64,000 nucleotides of DNA from the human T2T-CHM13v2.0 reference genome, Homo sapiens. The stretch lies in assembly GCF_009914755.1 (NCBI RefSeq), contig NC_060927.1. One strand, written 5' to 3'. The notes under the pieces are model-generated. The model was not told the origin of the DNA. It worked only from the letters and a program-made list of their open reading frames with translations, and did not search any database. Made by a program: the position numbers and the translations under genes. Below are positions 12,817-25,832 of this stretch, piece after piece; the stretch's first letter is position 1; each line of letters starts with the position of its first letter.

Positions 12817-14421
12817 CCCAAAAGACATTTCTTTGATCTTAACAAGATACAATTAGATTGAGACTCACCTAGTACCCAGCCAATGGTCCAGCCTCCCTGG
12901 CTATGACTGAATCAGGCAGACTTCACTTAGCAGAAAGCTCAAAGATGGGGGATGGGGAGCATGGTGCTTCCTTGTTTGAAGGTTGTGAGGCATCTCCAGT
13001 GGTGACCACCCACTACATAGCCACAAAGGAAGTTCGAGAAAAGGAAGAAAGGGACTAGTGTGTGGTAAATTCTCTTTGGGTGCTATGAGCATGCACACTT
13101 AAGTCTGGGTTGCAGTGGCCAAGGGGCTGTCATGCAATGACCATTTGAAGCCATGCATCAACGTGTACAGCCATGGGTGTCTCAGATGGCACCACAGTAT
13201 AAATATAGTCAAATCAGTTCAGTATCCAGAACTCAAAGGAGAGAATTGTGCTGAAATCATGGAAAAGGATAAAGAAGCCTCATTTTAATATGTTAAACAC
13301 ACACACATAACTAAGGCAGCCAATCTGAAACAGAAGCAGATGTATTCAGGGTACAAAGAATAACATTTTTAGCTAGCTCGGCTTCCTTTCAAACAGTTTT
13401 TTTCAACAGTGAGAGCTTTCTGAGAAATGCATTTATATAGGTACAAAGCATGTGTCTCTGTGGCAGCAGGAGTCCTTATTTGCATCAGATTTTCTTTAAC
13501 ACCTGTTTGTTTCAGAGGGCACTGCCTTCCTAGGAAACACTCCAGAAAAGGAATTACATAAAGAAAGGATGCTTTAGTTTGGAAAGATGAGGCAGTGCAG
13601 AGCATTCACAATTCCCATAAATCACCAAGTCTACTTTCCTTGGTGAATAAGAGAAAGGTACTTTAAAAAACTATTATTATAAGAGCTGTGATTACCCTTG
13701 TATACATAACTGCCTGATGCCTATTTTTAAACCATGTCCTTGGAACACAATGAGTATTCAATAAGGGATGTAGACTTAACTCTTCCAATATCTCAATCCT
13801 GCACATCCACTAAATCTTATATGTCAAATTGCCATAAAATCTAGATGTGATGCTGTTTTATTCTGTTGATTAGAATGATTTTGTATCTAACTCTATACAT
13901 AGTCCAAACATCAACTTTGCACAGTCAGCAACAATCTAGATTCTTAAATATCCTGAGAAGGGGACATGGCATCTGGCTCTGCTTTAAATTGTGCTTACTG
14001 TCGACAACAGAAGTCTCTAAAAATGGCATCGGAGTTTATATTTATTCACATCTAATTTATTTCAGAGGGACAGACCCAGTTTCCAAATTGAAAGATCGTC
14101 TTCCTGATGACCATTAGGAATGGCCTGCTTTCTTAAGATGTGAAGGAAAAAAGAAGTTGAATGGCCTCTATGTACTATAATCCTTCATGTCCTCACAGTG
14201 GTGCTGTAAGCATGATAAATAATTTTGGATGTAGAATTACACTTAACTATTTGCTTTTAGGATATTTGTTTCTTTACCTGTCTTCCTACATTCAATACAT
14301 CAGAGAATTTCAGTGTGGGTTGTGACCTTAAAGATATTATTCTCTAGGTCCAAATGCTATAGATGAAGAAACTGGGGCAGGACAAAACTAAGAGCTTCAT
14401 TTAAGTTTAAATTGCTATTTC

Positions 14422-14723
14422 AGCTGGGCGTGGTGGCTCATGCCTGTAATACCAACAGTTTGGGAGCCCAATGTGGGTGGATCACTTGAGGTCAGGAGTT
14501 CAAGAGCAGCCTGGCCAACATGGTGAAACCCCAACTCTACTAAAAATACAAATATTAGCTGGGTGTGGTGGCCCATGCCTGCAATCCCTAGCTACTTGGG
14601 GGGCTGAGGCAGGAGAAACTCTTGAACCCAGGAGGCGGAGGTTGCAGTGAGCCAAGATAGCACCACTGCACTCCAACCTGGGCAATAGAGTGAGACTGTC
14701 CAAAAAAAAAAAAAAAAAAAAAA
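14422..14723 (+). mobile_element. AluS (Sx/Sz-like), full length
   Basis: Both arms, GGATCACTTGAGGTCAGGAGTT, A-tail, degenerate TSD AAATTGCTATTTC/AAAATGCTAATTG. Confidence 0.95.
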
Positions 14724-15519
14724 TGCTAATTGATACCAGAGTCAGCTTTTGCCACAAACTCTGACCCTAAGGCTAAAAGACCAGAGATTTGTGAACTCTC
14801 AATATTTGCTAATGTTCTGCATCATGAAAGGATGGAAGGGTACATGAGCAGGCATACAACCAAAAGGAGAGAAGTTGGCTGCTCCATTTATTTTGTTTCC
14901 TGTCTCTTGTCTTCAGCATCAAGAGAAATGTTGACAGTGAAAGAACAATGGTTAAATGGAGAAAAACCATTATTCGCTTTCAGGTACCTTACTGGGCCTT
15001 TGGCACTCACAGTGGATTCTGCATCAGGATGAAAACAGCTGATTTTGGTTCATGGCTATAGATCCTGGAGTTAAAAATGTCTAAAGCAGCACAAACAATT
15101 TTCTCATTTATTTGGAAGTATTCTTCTTTTCTGAGATTCTTACTTTCTTCCCTCTCAATTTTGGCAAAAACAAGTTTCATTTCCTCCACCAACACATATT
15201 CTCCCTGCCCTTCCTATATTCACCTTTGCTTAGTAGTGAGTAGCAGGCTCTGCTATACATGCTGAGTAAGAGAAGGTAAAGCAGTAGGAGCATGCTTATG
15301 GATACATTCTCTGCTATTAGCTGCTCTGGACAGACCTTTGGATGCTCTGCCTCTAGAATCATTTGGGGTCTGAGAGTCTGTGCTTAATCTGTCAGTTATG
15401 GCAGCCAAGAGCAACTTACATAATCACTGGCTTTTGACAATGTAGCAGTAAAATACTAGATAGGAAGGCATGTGAGGAGGTAATATGTATAATAATACAT
15501 TTTTGTAGGTTTCAAAGTG

Positions 15520-15955
15520 TGTCCTTGGCTGCCTTCTCTTCTCATTTTACCTACTTTACTTGGGCTGCAATTACTCCCTTGATGTAGATGCTTCCCGAAA
15601 TAGTGTTCAAGTCCAGATTACAGATACCTATTTTCAACTGTCTCCTACACATATTAACCTGGATGACACACTAGCATTTCAAAAGCAACATGTCAAAACC
15701 CAACTTTTTGTTCTACTCCCACAAACCAGTTTATCTCCCACAAAACCAGCGTATCTCCCTGTATTTCCTATCTCAACGTATAGCATCTAAATCCACTCAG
15801 TAATCGAAGTCAGAATATTGTTAAACCATCCTGGATTTTTAATTGCCATAATATTTAACATCCAATTAATTACCAAATAAAATCTTCCAAATACCACCCC
15901 AATACATTCTCTTCCTTTCTCCCTTATCAAGGCTTTAGTTCAACATCTTATCTCA
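15520..15955 (+). mobile_element. L2 fragment (continues at 18765)
   Basis: CAACATGTCAAAACCCAACT, CTCCCTGTATTTCCTATCTCA, ATCCACTCAGT...AAGTCAGAA typical of L2. Confidence 0.65.
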
Positions 15956-15964
15956 TATAAATGA

Positions 15965-16560
15965 TAAAATTTAATTCCTGGGCATATATAAAATATCACA
16001 CTTTACAAGTAAAGAACATAGATTCTCTTAAACACATATGGGTTGTTTACAAAAATTGACCACATTCAGAAATAAAAAAGCAAATACCAATAAACAGAAT
16101 TGTTATCTACAGATAACTATTTCTGGTAAAAATGCAATTACACTAGCAATCAATGATAAAATTTAACTAGATAAGAAAAAACCCTGTCCATTTAGAAACT
16201 AAATAACTGAAAGGCAACAGAAAAAAAATCACAATAAAGTAAGAGGAACAATAATAAAAACATACAAATCAACTCTTGTGCATTTTAGTTAAAGCAGATG
16301 TTAGTGGATAATCTATAACATTAAGTGTTTATATTATAAAGAAATACTTGTTAAAAATGAGCTCATGCATTCTAGAAGCTACCAAAAGAATAGCTCATAG
16401 AAATATATAGTATCATATATTACTATTATTCTATAATAAACTCACTGAAAGTAGGAAGAAAATGATAATAAAGATAAGTGCCCATGTATTGGAAAAGACA
16501 ACAATAGGAAACAATATAAAAATTAGCACAACTAAAAGTTTACTCTTTAAAAAGGTTATG
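15965..16560 (+). mobile_element. old L1M ORF2 fragment
   Basis: TTTACAAAAATTGACCACAT, AATGCAATTACACTAGCAATCAATGATAAAA, AATAAAGATAAGTGC. Confidence 0.65.
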
Positions 16561-16567
16561 AATCATG

Positions 16568-17696
16568 CAAAACTATAAAACCCTGTAAGACAACCTATGC
16601 AATACCATTCTAGACATAGGAACGGGGCAAAAATTTCATGACAAAGATGCTAAAAGCAATTGCAGCAAAAGCAAAAGTTGACAAATGGATCTAATTAAAG
16701 AGCTTCTGCACAGCAAAAGAAACTATCAAGAGAGTAAATAGGCAACCTACAGAATGGGAAAAAATATTTGCAAACTATGCATCTGTCAAAGGTTTAATAT
16801 CCAGCATCTATAAGGAACTTAAAAAAATTTATAAGAAAAAACAAACATCCCCATTGAAAAGTGGGCAAAGGACATGAACAGACACTTTTCAAAAGAAGAC
16901 ATACATACAGCCAACAAGCATATGAAAAGGAGCTCAACATCATTGGTCATCAGAGAAATGCAAATCAAAACCACAATGAGATACCACTTCACACCAGTCA
17001 GAATGGCTATCATTAAAAAGTCAGAAAATAACAGATGCTGGTGAGGTTTCAGAGAAAAAGCAACATCTATGAACTGTTGGTAGGAGTGTAAATTAGTTTC
17101 AACCATTGTGTAAAGCAGTGTGGCAATTCCTCAAAGAGCTAAGAACTACCTTCAACCAGCAATCCCATTACTTGGTACATACCCAAAGGATTATAAATTG
17201 TTCTATCATGAAGATACATGCACGCATATATTCACTGCAGCACTATTGACAATAGCAAAGACATGGAGTCAACCTAAATGCCTATCAATGGTTAGACTGG
17301 ATAAAGAAAATATGGTACAAATACACCATGGAACACTATGCAGCCATAAAAAGGAATGAGATCATGTCCTTTGCAGGAACATGGATGGAGCTGGAAGCCA
17401 TTATCCTTAGCAAACTAACAGAGAAACATAAAACCAAATACTGCATGTTCTCACTTACACGTGGGAGCTAAATGATGAGAACACATGAACACGTAGAGGG
17501 GAACAACAGACACTGGGGCATCCCTGAGGGTGGAGGGTTAGAGCAGGGAGAGGATCAGGAAAAGTCACCAATCGGTACTAGACTTTATAGCTGAGTGATG
17601 AAGTAATCTGTACAACAAACCCCAGTGACATGAGTTTACCTATATAAAAAACCTGTACATGTACCCTTGAATTTAAAATAAAAGTTTCAAAAAAAA
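16568..17696 (+). mobile_element. L1PA15/16-like LINE-1, 3' ~1.1 kb
   Basis: AGAGCTTCTGCACAGCAAAAGAAACTATC, ATGCAAATCAAAACCACAATGAGATACCAC, 3'UTR GAGAGGATCAGGAAAA...CCCCAGTGACATGAGTTTACC, A-tail. Confidence 0.9.
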
Positions 17697-18349
17697 GGTG
17701 TCAACAAAGTGGTTGGCTTGAGAGATGGAATTTGTTGGAAAAAGGCATAAAGAACCCTCACAGGAGGATGGAGATGTTTTATATCTTCTTCTCAGAGATG
17801 TTCATTTGGATACATTAGCTTTTTTTCCTGTATAAATTTTACCTTATTGAGATGCTATTTGGAAAGAGGATAAGGTAAGTTAGCCTCTGATAAAAATGTA
17901 TCTCTAAAAGGAACAATTTTACAGGATCTTAATAGGTTTAACAGGTTTTAATAGGTTAGGCAATACAATATATTTTATCAAATAATATCCTATGGGATTA
18001 CTATGCCTTAAGACACACTTTGGTAAACTCTTATTTAAATGGTACTTAATATTTAAAGCAGACATTATATTATAACTTGTTTTTAAAAAATAAAGTCTTC
18101 CCTCCAAAATTCTTTTGAAAAACTGTCTTGGGTTTGCATAGCTCACTGATGAGTGATTCCAGATAAATGACACATTACTGCAGAAAGTTGAAGATGTGGT
18201 TTGAATTTCACTATCTGAAACATAAAACTCATTCTCAAAAGTAGATGTTAGTGAATGGCACAAATTGAAAGATGTTATGAATCATCTGTCGACGGTAGTC
18301 AAAAAAAGTGAAGCAACAAATAAAGATAGGAATTATGAAGTGGACATGA

Positions 18350-18760
18350 CTATAGATGTTAGTCAAAAATTGGATGTCACTATAGATTTAAAAAGATAAA
18401 GAGCTATTAAACATATTTTAGGAATTATTTATTGGAAAATTAAAAATGCTTATGTCAAATAGTTTTAAAAATGTAAATGAAAAATTTTAATTTCTAAAAC
18501 AATGTAACTTAGAAAAAGGGATCCATGAAGAAATAGGAAATATTTACAGTTTTATAGTAACTTAAGAAATTGATCTAGTGGATACAAATCTTCCCACAAA
18601 GAAAACGTCAGTCCCAGATAAAATTATAGAAGAGTTCTACTCAACATTGAAGGAAAAAATAATAAAAACAATACAAATTTACCATACAACTCCTGCGTTT
18701 ATAAAAATAGCAACCAAACACTTTACAACTTATTTTATTAGGCTAGTAAAACATTAAAAT
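18350..18760 (+). mobile_element. old L1M ORF2 fragment
   Basis: AAATCTTCCCACAAAGAAAACGTCAGTCCCAGAT...GAGTTCTACTCAACATTGAAGGAAAAAATAAT. Confidence 0.65.
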
Positions 18761-18764
18761 TTCT

Positions 18765-19240
18765 TCCTAACCTGTGTCCTTGTCCCTTCTCTCACCTCTC
18801 CCAGATCTACCCTTCACTCTCAGAGTGATCTTTCTAAAATGCGAATCTGATCACTCCAGTCCTTTAGGGACACTCAGGGTTTCTTCATTATCACCAGAAC
18901 AGAACATCAACGTTCCTTCCTCTGGTAACCTGTCTTACTCATTTCATCTCTGCCTACCTTTCCAACCTCGTAATTTACCACTTCCTATTGTGCTGTTGTT
19001 GCAGTTTTTAAAAGATGCCTCTGATTTTTACTTACATGTCCTCTGACTTCACACTCCTGCCTTTCAAAACTAGGTTTTGTTGGTCCCTCTTTTGGACCCG
19101 TAGAGAACTTTTGCCTGTCTTCACAATACCTATCCCATCTTATTGAACTCTGCTTATTATAACAGTTTGTTTTCCTCATGATGTTTTAAACTCCTTGAAG
19201 AATTTGTGAGTCTTTAGGGTCCAGCACATGGCTGGCACAT
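18765..19240 (+). mobile_element. L2 3' portion
   Basis: CAGAGTGATCTTTCTAAAATGCGAATCTGATCA ... CCAGCACATGGCTGGCACAT. Confidence 0.7.
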
Positions 19241-19247
19241 GGTGGGG

Positions 19248-19417
19248 TACAGGCTCTACTTCAGACATATCTTGGATAAAATGCTCTTTTGCACAGCTTG
19301 TCAGTCATCATCAAGTAGAATCCTGTATCTATGGGAAAATACACTCCAGGTTACAATGAACAGCCAAAATTGCTCTTTTAGAATATAACCTATTTTTAAG
19401 TCAGAGTCTGTCTCTAT
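19248..19417. mobile_element. Tigger-like MITE
   Basis: Imperfect TIRs TACAGGCTCTACTT / AAGTCAGAGTCTGT. Confidence 0.4.
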
Positions 19418-20397
19418 TAGTGATGAAAAGTTTCTCACAAGTTTGGTATATGGAGAGACAATAAAAGCATCACCTCTCTCTCCTAGGTACTTTCAAAAGA
19501 CAGGAAACTCACAGTTGCTCTAATATGAGATACCGATGATATTGGGAAACATTCTTCAGTGCACAGACACATGGCATCCTGAAAAAAAATCAATGTTTTA
19601 CCTTCCTCCCTGCTGAGTTTCATTTCACAATAGAGAACTATCATTATAAGCCCCCAAAATGTACCTGTTCAGTTTTTCATCTGTGAACAACACTGATTTC
19701 AATTAAATCCAAAATAGATACCCCAGAGTCCTCCCTAGAATTTTTAATATTTGGCCTTTAATATAAATTGATCCTTTGCTACTGAGTCAGTAACACAAAA
19801 CCAAAAAAAGGCTTTAAGAATTATTAAAGTCACAGGCAGTGCACAGGACATACTTGAGAACATGTGCTGTAGAAAACACAGCCTTACATAAAGAAGTCAC
19901 TTATAAGGCCGATAAAAGATGCTAAGATGCTCATTCCCCTCCCCTTGCATTGGTACCTACAGTTCCCAGCGGAAGAGGGGGTCTCATCCTGGCTGCTTCT
20001 CAGGAGCATCTCTCATTCTAGGGCATCAGGAACTCAAAATACATAAGGATATTTTTGTGAGGGGTCTTGATAGTGGGGAATTACTGGGTATTCCTATTTT
20101 TGGAGACTGCTGAAGAAGTGGGATGAGGCTAGGGGACACTACAATGCCAAGGACATGAGACTAGTACAAGACTGGAAACAGCAAACATGACTTTTGGGAT
20201 TCAGTCTGTTCCTCTGACCACTGGACCTTGAAAACAGGTGCTGGAACCTTATGGAAAGCAATTAGAGCTTCCATCCAGACTACAGGCTTTTGCCAATGTC
20301 AAAAAGATGACAAGGTTACCAGCCCGAGGAATTTCACACTATGGCTCTCTTCTTCAGTATTGTGCCAGAAATGCATTTAATGATGGAGTTCTGCCAT

Positions 20398-20523
20398 TTA
20401 TAATATGTGTCACTTTGGGAGAGCAGAAGAAACTAATGCTACTTTTATTTATGCCGTTTCATCTATCTGAGACCAGCATTTATTAAGCATGGTGCTGAGA
20501 TGACACTTGATTTCCCCTCAGTT
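20398..20523 (+). repeat. donor copy of a 126-bp dispersed local duplication
   Basis: Matches 22291-22416 with 4 substitutions and no indels. Confidence 0.95.
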
Positions 20524-20779
20524 CTTTTTTATTGTTTTTGCATGTAAGTCCTGGGAAAAATAATACTGCTTTGGACAGCAAATGACTTAAATGAATCAGA
20601 TATTGTCTGGGTGTAGGTATTGCTAAGAGACCAACTTAATTATTAGTTGTTATCATGGTTATTGCAACATCTAGTTTCCTGCAGACTAGACTTCGAAGAG
20701 AAGGCAGTTGACAGCTCTGGAATCCAAAGAAGGGAGGCAAAAAGGAAGAGCAGACAAAGCATTAACTTTAGAGTCCCAT

Positions 20780-20945
20780 TTCTCTTTCCTACTGGCTGCA
20801 TATCCACCATCAAAGCCTTAATTTGTTCATCTGTAAAGTAAAACTAATAGTTTTGTTTGCTGAAGGCTTTAAATAAATTGCTATCTACAAAGCGTTTGGC
20901 ACAGTTTTTGGCACACAGCAGGTGCCCATTGAATGTTAAGTCCTG
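20780..20945 (+). mobile_element. MIR
   Basis: TTCATCTGTAAAGT...AAAGCGTTTGGCACAGTTTTTGGCACACAGCAGGTGCCCATTGAATGTT. Confidence 0.65.
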
Positions 20946-21415
20946 TTTCTTATTTTTAAGACATACTTTGCTAAGAGAGCTCAGGGAAAAGATGTGGTCC
21001 ACTAAGCAGGTATTTATTACATATTAAACTGAATTAGAGGCAGCTAATTATATCTTTGCTAGCTTAATTTCAGAGAATGAGAAGTATAACTTTTGGGGCT
21101 TTGTTTGAATTCTTGGTCAGGTTCTACATAGATTAAATCCAAGAGGTAAACAACAATCCTAATAACCTAATGTTAGTCCTATACTAGAATAATTTGAATA
21201 TTTAAAACAAACTCCCTTTCTTTTAAAAACTGCACCAGTCAGTTGGTTTTCCATCTCAACCCTGGACTGTTAAACAACTCCAGCATACCCAGTGTTATTT
21301 GCTACAGTCTCCTTCAAGCCTTGTTGCTTGCTTCCAGCCTGTTCCCACTTGGATCTAATTCCTGTCTAGTTTCTGACATTGGCTTCAGTTTTTCTTCCTG
21401 ATTTTGCCTATCCAT

Positions 21416-21769
21416 TGCTAAGGTCTGAATGTTTGTGTCCCGCATAAAATTTATATGTTGCAACCTAATCCTCAATATGATGGCAGTAAAAGATGAGCCC
21501 TCTGGGAGGTGATTAGGTCATGAGGGCTCCACCTTCATGAGTAGGATTAATGAAGAAAGAGGTAGCTTGTTTGCCCCATTCCACAAGTAAGGATGCAGCA
21601 AGAAGATGCCATCTATGAAGCAGAGAGTGGGCCTGCAGCAGACATCGAATCCACTGGCACTTTCATCTTGGACTTCCCTGCCTCCAGAACTGTGAGAAAT
21701 AAATTTCTGTTGTTTGTAAATCACCCAGTCTAAGGTATTTTGTTATAGTACCCTACACAGACTAAGATA
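21416..21769 (+). mobile_element. MaLR solo LTR (MLT1A/MSTD-like)
   Basis: TGCTAAGGTCTGAATGTTTGTGTCCC ... GCCTCCAGAACTGTGAGAAATAAATTTCTGTTGTTT ... ACTAAGATA; 5-bp TSD TCCAT/TTCAT. Confidence 0.9.
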
Positions 21770-22290
21770 TTCATCTCCTGACTTTGATCTCTTCGGGCTA
21801 CTTCCCCAGTCAGACCCATCTGACCCTGCATGAAAGAAAATTCACTTAGGAACAGCCAAATAGCAAAAAGTAGTTCTCAAATAATTGAGAAATGGTTTAT
21901 GAGTCTACAGTAAACTCAAAAATAAAAAGTTTTCATTGTAATTATTTAGTTTTTAATCAAAGTAAAATCACAGATTTTTGTGTGAAGTATCTTGCTGAAG
22001 AAACAGAGAGTTGTATGCACCAGCTATTGCTGAGTAAAATGTGACATCATTTAGGGGCTTCTCAAGGCCTTTTTATTATGAAGATCAACATGCCACTTAC
22101 TGGGCAGTTTCCAAATGGGCAACATAGCCCCATCTCATGTCACAGATGACTTCATCTATCTAAAGTAGGATCTTTAATGTTGAAATAGTGCTAGTAATCT
22201 ACACTTAAATCATGGGGAGATTTGAGCCCAATGTATGAAATCCTGGTGTTTGACCATACAGGGAAGATAAGAAAGATATATATATATATC

Positions 22291-22416
22291 TTATAATATG
22301 TGTCACTTTGGGAGAGCAGAAGAAACTAATGCTACTTTTATTTATGCCGTTTCATCTATCTGAGACCAACATTTATTAGGCATGGTGCTGAGATGATACT
22401 TAATTTCCCCTCAGTT
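22291..22416 (+). repeat. inserted copy of 20398-20523, embedded in (TA)n
   Basis: Direct alignment; (TA)n runs on both sides. Confidence 0.95.
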
Positions 22417-25082
22417 TATATATATATAAGTGGAAAAAGATCACCTGTCACTGAAAACCTACCCCTCAATATCCAATCAAATGATTTTAGTTTACCCTAA
22501 ACTTTACAAAAGAATATTGTAGCAAGCTTATTCAACTGTAGACTTAGTACATCTTATCTTGCTATTATCTAGCTAACAGAGAAGCTTTAGTATATCTGTC
22601 TACCTGCAAGGCTCAGAACAAAACTTTGCAGATGGCCAGATTTGCAAAAACCTGAACACAGGACCCTACCTTGGTATTCAGCAAAGTGGAAGATGAAGTG
22701 GAGTCCTGTTCTGATCCTCCAAAAGCCTGATTCTGAAGTTGCTTATAACCTGACCTTTTTACTCTGTGATGTTACAGATATGCAGCCTCTGATATTTATA
22801 TAGAACTTATTCCTACTGTTATCAGAGCACAAAGGAAGAACATAGGAGGAAAAGCACAAGAGGTAGCATTATTACTCTGATTGTTGTTAATCCATTATAC
22901 CTCTAGTGCAAAAAGCATTAGTTTTAAGTCATCTTAGACATGGAATTTGCAGGAAATAAAGTATAGGTGTCAGAGACTTTACAGCTTTCTTTACAAAAGC
23001 CTCTCTTATTTGCAGCTTGCCTGTCGTCATCTCCAACCTGTCTAGATGTTTGACCTTCTGTCCGGCACTTCTGTCTTCAGTCAAGAGTGACATAAGCTGT
23101 TCTAGGTCACTCTTTAGGATTCCAAACCAAGTCATCCTTGCTGTTTGTCTTGTATCCCATGATCATGTACTTAAATTTAGATAACATAACTTTTGGCTTT
23201 TTCTCAAAGTCTCAACTTAGAGACTAATTCTGAAAAATAACTGAATTCCTATGTTGTTGCTATACTGCCTTCCCTGTCCTAATGCCCGTCCGGTTCAATA
23301 TCTGTCTAGGGCTGGGAATTGGCTTTATTATAGATGGTCTTTGCTCCTCCTGCATCCTTAGCTTTGATCTTTCTTCAGGCATCCCAAAGACACAGATTTC
23401 AGATCCCAGATGCCTTCTGAAATTCCACGTTTTGATTCTAGAGTTTTGATTCTCTGCCTACCTGCCCAGGCATCACATCTCTGCTAGTTCTCCATCTAGG
23501 CTTTTCTGAGTCTGCACAGTCTTGCAAGTGGTCCTTTCATGCTTGTCTCTGTCTTGAGATATGAGTATAAGAACCAGTTGGAAGAGCTCCAAATGAATGG
23601 CAAATGCTCAGGTATCTTCTGTGGTTGTTGTTGCTGTTCCCTTGGTGTCATCATTCACCTAGCTTACATTAGTTCTTGTCTTTTCTTCAGCAGCAATGTA
23701 AGAATCCTGCTTCTTCCAATCCCCGTCCAGTACATCTTGGTTTGGGAACTCCTATTGCTAGATATTGGTTTAATCTGTGGGTTTCTATTTCCTCTTTTTT
23801 CTTTTATTTAAATCAAGAAATGCATCACTTGTTAAAATAGGGAGCATCAGGCCAATATTTTGAATGTCTTCTTCTATTGGAGTTTTGAGGGATAGTGCCA
23901 CAAAGATAAAGCTTGACGTGTTGCAAATTAAAGAGATAATATAATCTGTGCTCTCTCAGTTTTGGGTGGGGAGTAGTAAGAAGCCAGTCAGGATAATATA
24001 CTTTAATGAGAAGTTTGCCTTATTAGTGAGGTGATAATTTTGCTCTAATCTAGCTCCTTTACATAAGTTTAAAATATCTGTGTTTCACTCTTCTAAAAAG
24101 AAAACAAAAATTTATCCTGTTTCTGCAAATATGTTTATGGTAGTTATTTTGGGCTTGCAAATTCGTGTAAGTCATTGACGCAATGTGCTCATATCAGTGT
24201 TGTTGGTCTCAATCATAACAATATTTTTCAGATTATGGATTTTTTTCTCATTTGATCATTATATTTACCCAGGGAGAAAGGTAAGAAAACATTGTTCTTA
24301 TTCCCAGTTTAAAGTGGAAGCAGAATATCAGAAAAATTAAGCAAAGTGTTTAAAGTCCCATAGCTAGTAAGAAGTAGAATCCAGGTCTTTTGCTCAATCT
24401 TCTCTTTTTTCCACCAAGCACTCCTCAAAGTTTTTCACCTGGGAAACAGAGTTATGCAAATATTTGCTCCTAAGAATTTGGAATATAGTTTGAAAGTTCT
24501 GTTGCAAATGTAAAATTTCTTTGATGTTTTATATTTTATTTTGAAAAACCAGGCAAGTTTTGCTTTCTTCCCATAATGTATCAGTGTGTGTTTTAATATA
24601 AGTAATGCCTTCTCTAGCTAACTACTCTACCCCCATTTGATTTTTTAATTAAATTTTTCTATTTTGAGACAGCAAAAAAGACAAAAATTCACATGCAGTT
24701 TTAAGAAATAATACAGAGATCCTTCTGTATCCTCTACCTAGTTTCTCCCAACGTTAACATCTTGCATAATCATAAGATCAGGATTTAAAAAGCATATATT
24801 GAGCTTGATATAGTTAAGATACAGAATTTCCATCACTACAAGGATCCTGCATATTGTTCTTTTATAGCCACACCACTTCTCTCCTGTCCTCACGCCCTCC
24901 TCAACACTGCAAACCACTAACCTCTTCTTCATTTCTATAATTTTGTCCTTTCAAGAGTATTATATAAATGAAGTTATACAGTATGCAACTGTTGGCATAG
25001 ACTCTTTTTCTTTCAGCATAAGTCACTGGAGAATCACCCAGGTTGCTGCATCTGTCAGTAGTTCATTCCTTAATGAACTACT

Positions 25083-25305
25083 CAATGTTCAATAGTAGAG
25101 TAGGGTGACTATACTTAACAATGACGTATATTTCAAAATAGCTAGAAGAAAGGATTGAAATGCTCCCAACACTTAGGAATTATAAATCCTTGAGAAGATG
25201 ATAGCCTAAATACCCTGACATGATCATTTACACATTCTATGCATGTAACAAAATATCACATGTATCCCATAAATATGTACAAATGTCATGCATCAATTTT
25301 TAAAA
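25083..25305 (+). mobile_element. L1MA-type 3' end fragment nested in L1MC
   Basis: TAGGGTGACTATACTTAACAAT...TATTTCAAAATAGCTAGAAGA...CAAAATATCACATGTATCCCATAAATATGTAC. Confidence 0.85.
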
Positions 25306-25397
25306 GGAACATGTACTTTGAAGAGTTGTGAAATTAAATGAAATTATATATAAAGCATTTTACACATGGTAAAAGCTCAATAAATGACAGCTATAGT
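25306..25397 (+). mobile_element. MIR 3' fragment directly after the L1MA end
   Basis: GTTGTGAAATTAAATGAAATTATATATAAAGCATTT...CACATGGTAAAAGCTCAATAAATGACAGCTAT. Confidence 0.65.
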
Positions 25398-25550
25398 AAA
25401 AATATATACAGTTGTTTCTTCTTATTGCTATGTAGTGTTTTGTGGAATGGATGTACCACAGTTTCTTCAATCATTGAGAAACATATGGGTTGTTTTTGGT
25501 TTATAGCTATTATGAATAAAGTTGCTATATACACTTGTGTATGGGTTTTC

Positions 25551-25832
25551 ATTTTTGTTTTTCTGAGACAGATTCTCACTCTTTCACCCAGGCTGGAGTG
25601 TAGTGGAGCAATCACTGCTCACTGCAGCCTCGACCTCCTGGGCTCAGGTGATCCTCCCACCTCCTGAGTAGCTGGGACTACAGGTGCCTGCCACCACGCC
25701 TGGCTAATTTTTTGTAGAGACAGGGTTTCACCATGTTGCCCAGGCTGGTCTCAAACTCCCAGGCTTAAGTAATCCATCCTCCTTGACCTCCCAGAGTGCT
25801 GGGATTACAGGTGTGAGCTACCGTGCCTGGCC
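25551..25832 (-). mobile_element. AluJ (Jb-like)
   Basis: GCAGCCTCGACCTCCTGGGCTCAGGTGATCCTCCCAC; TSD GTATGGGTTTT on both sides. Confidence 0.93.
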
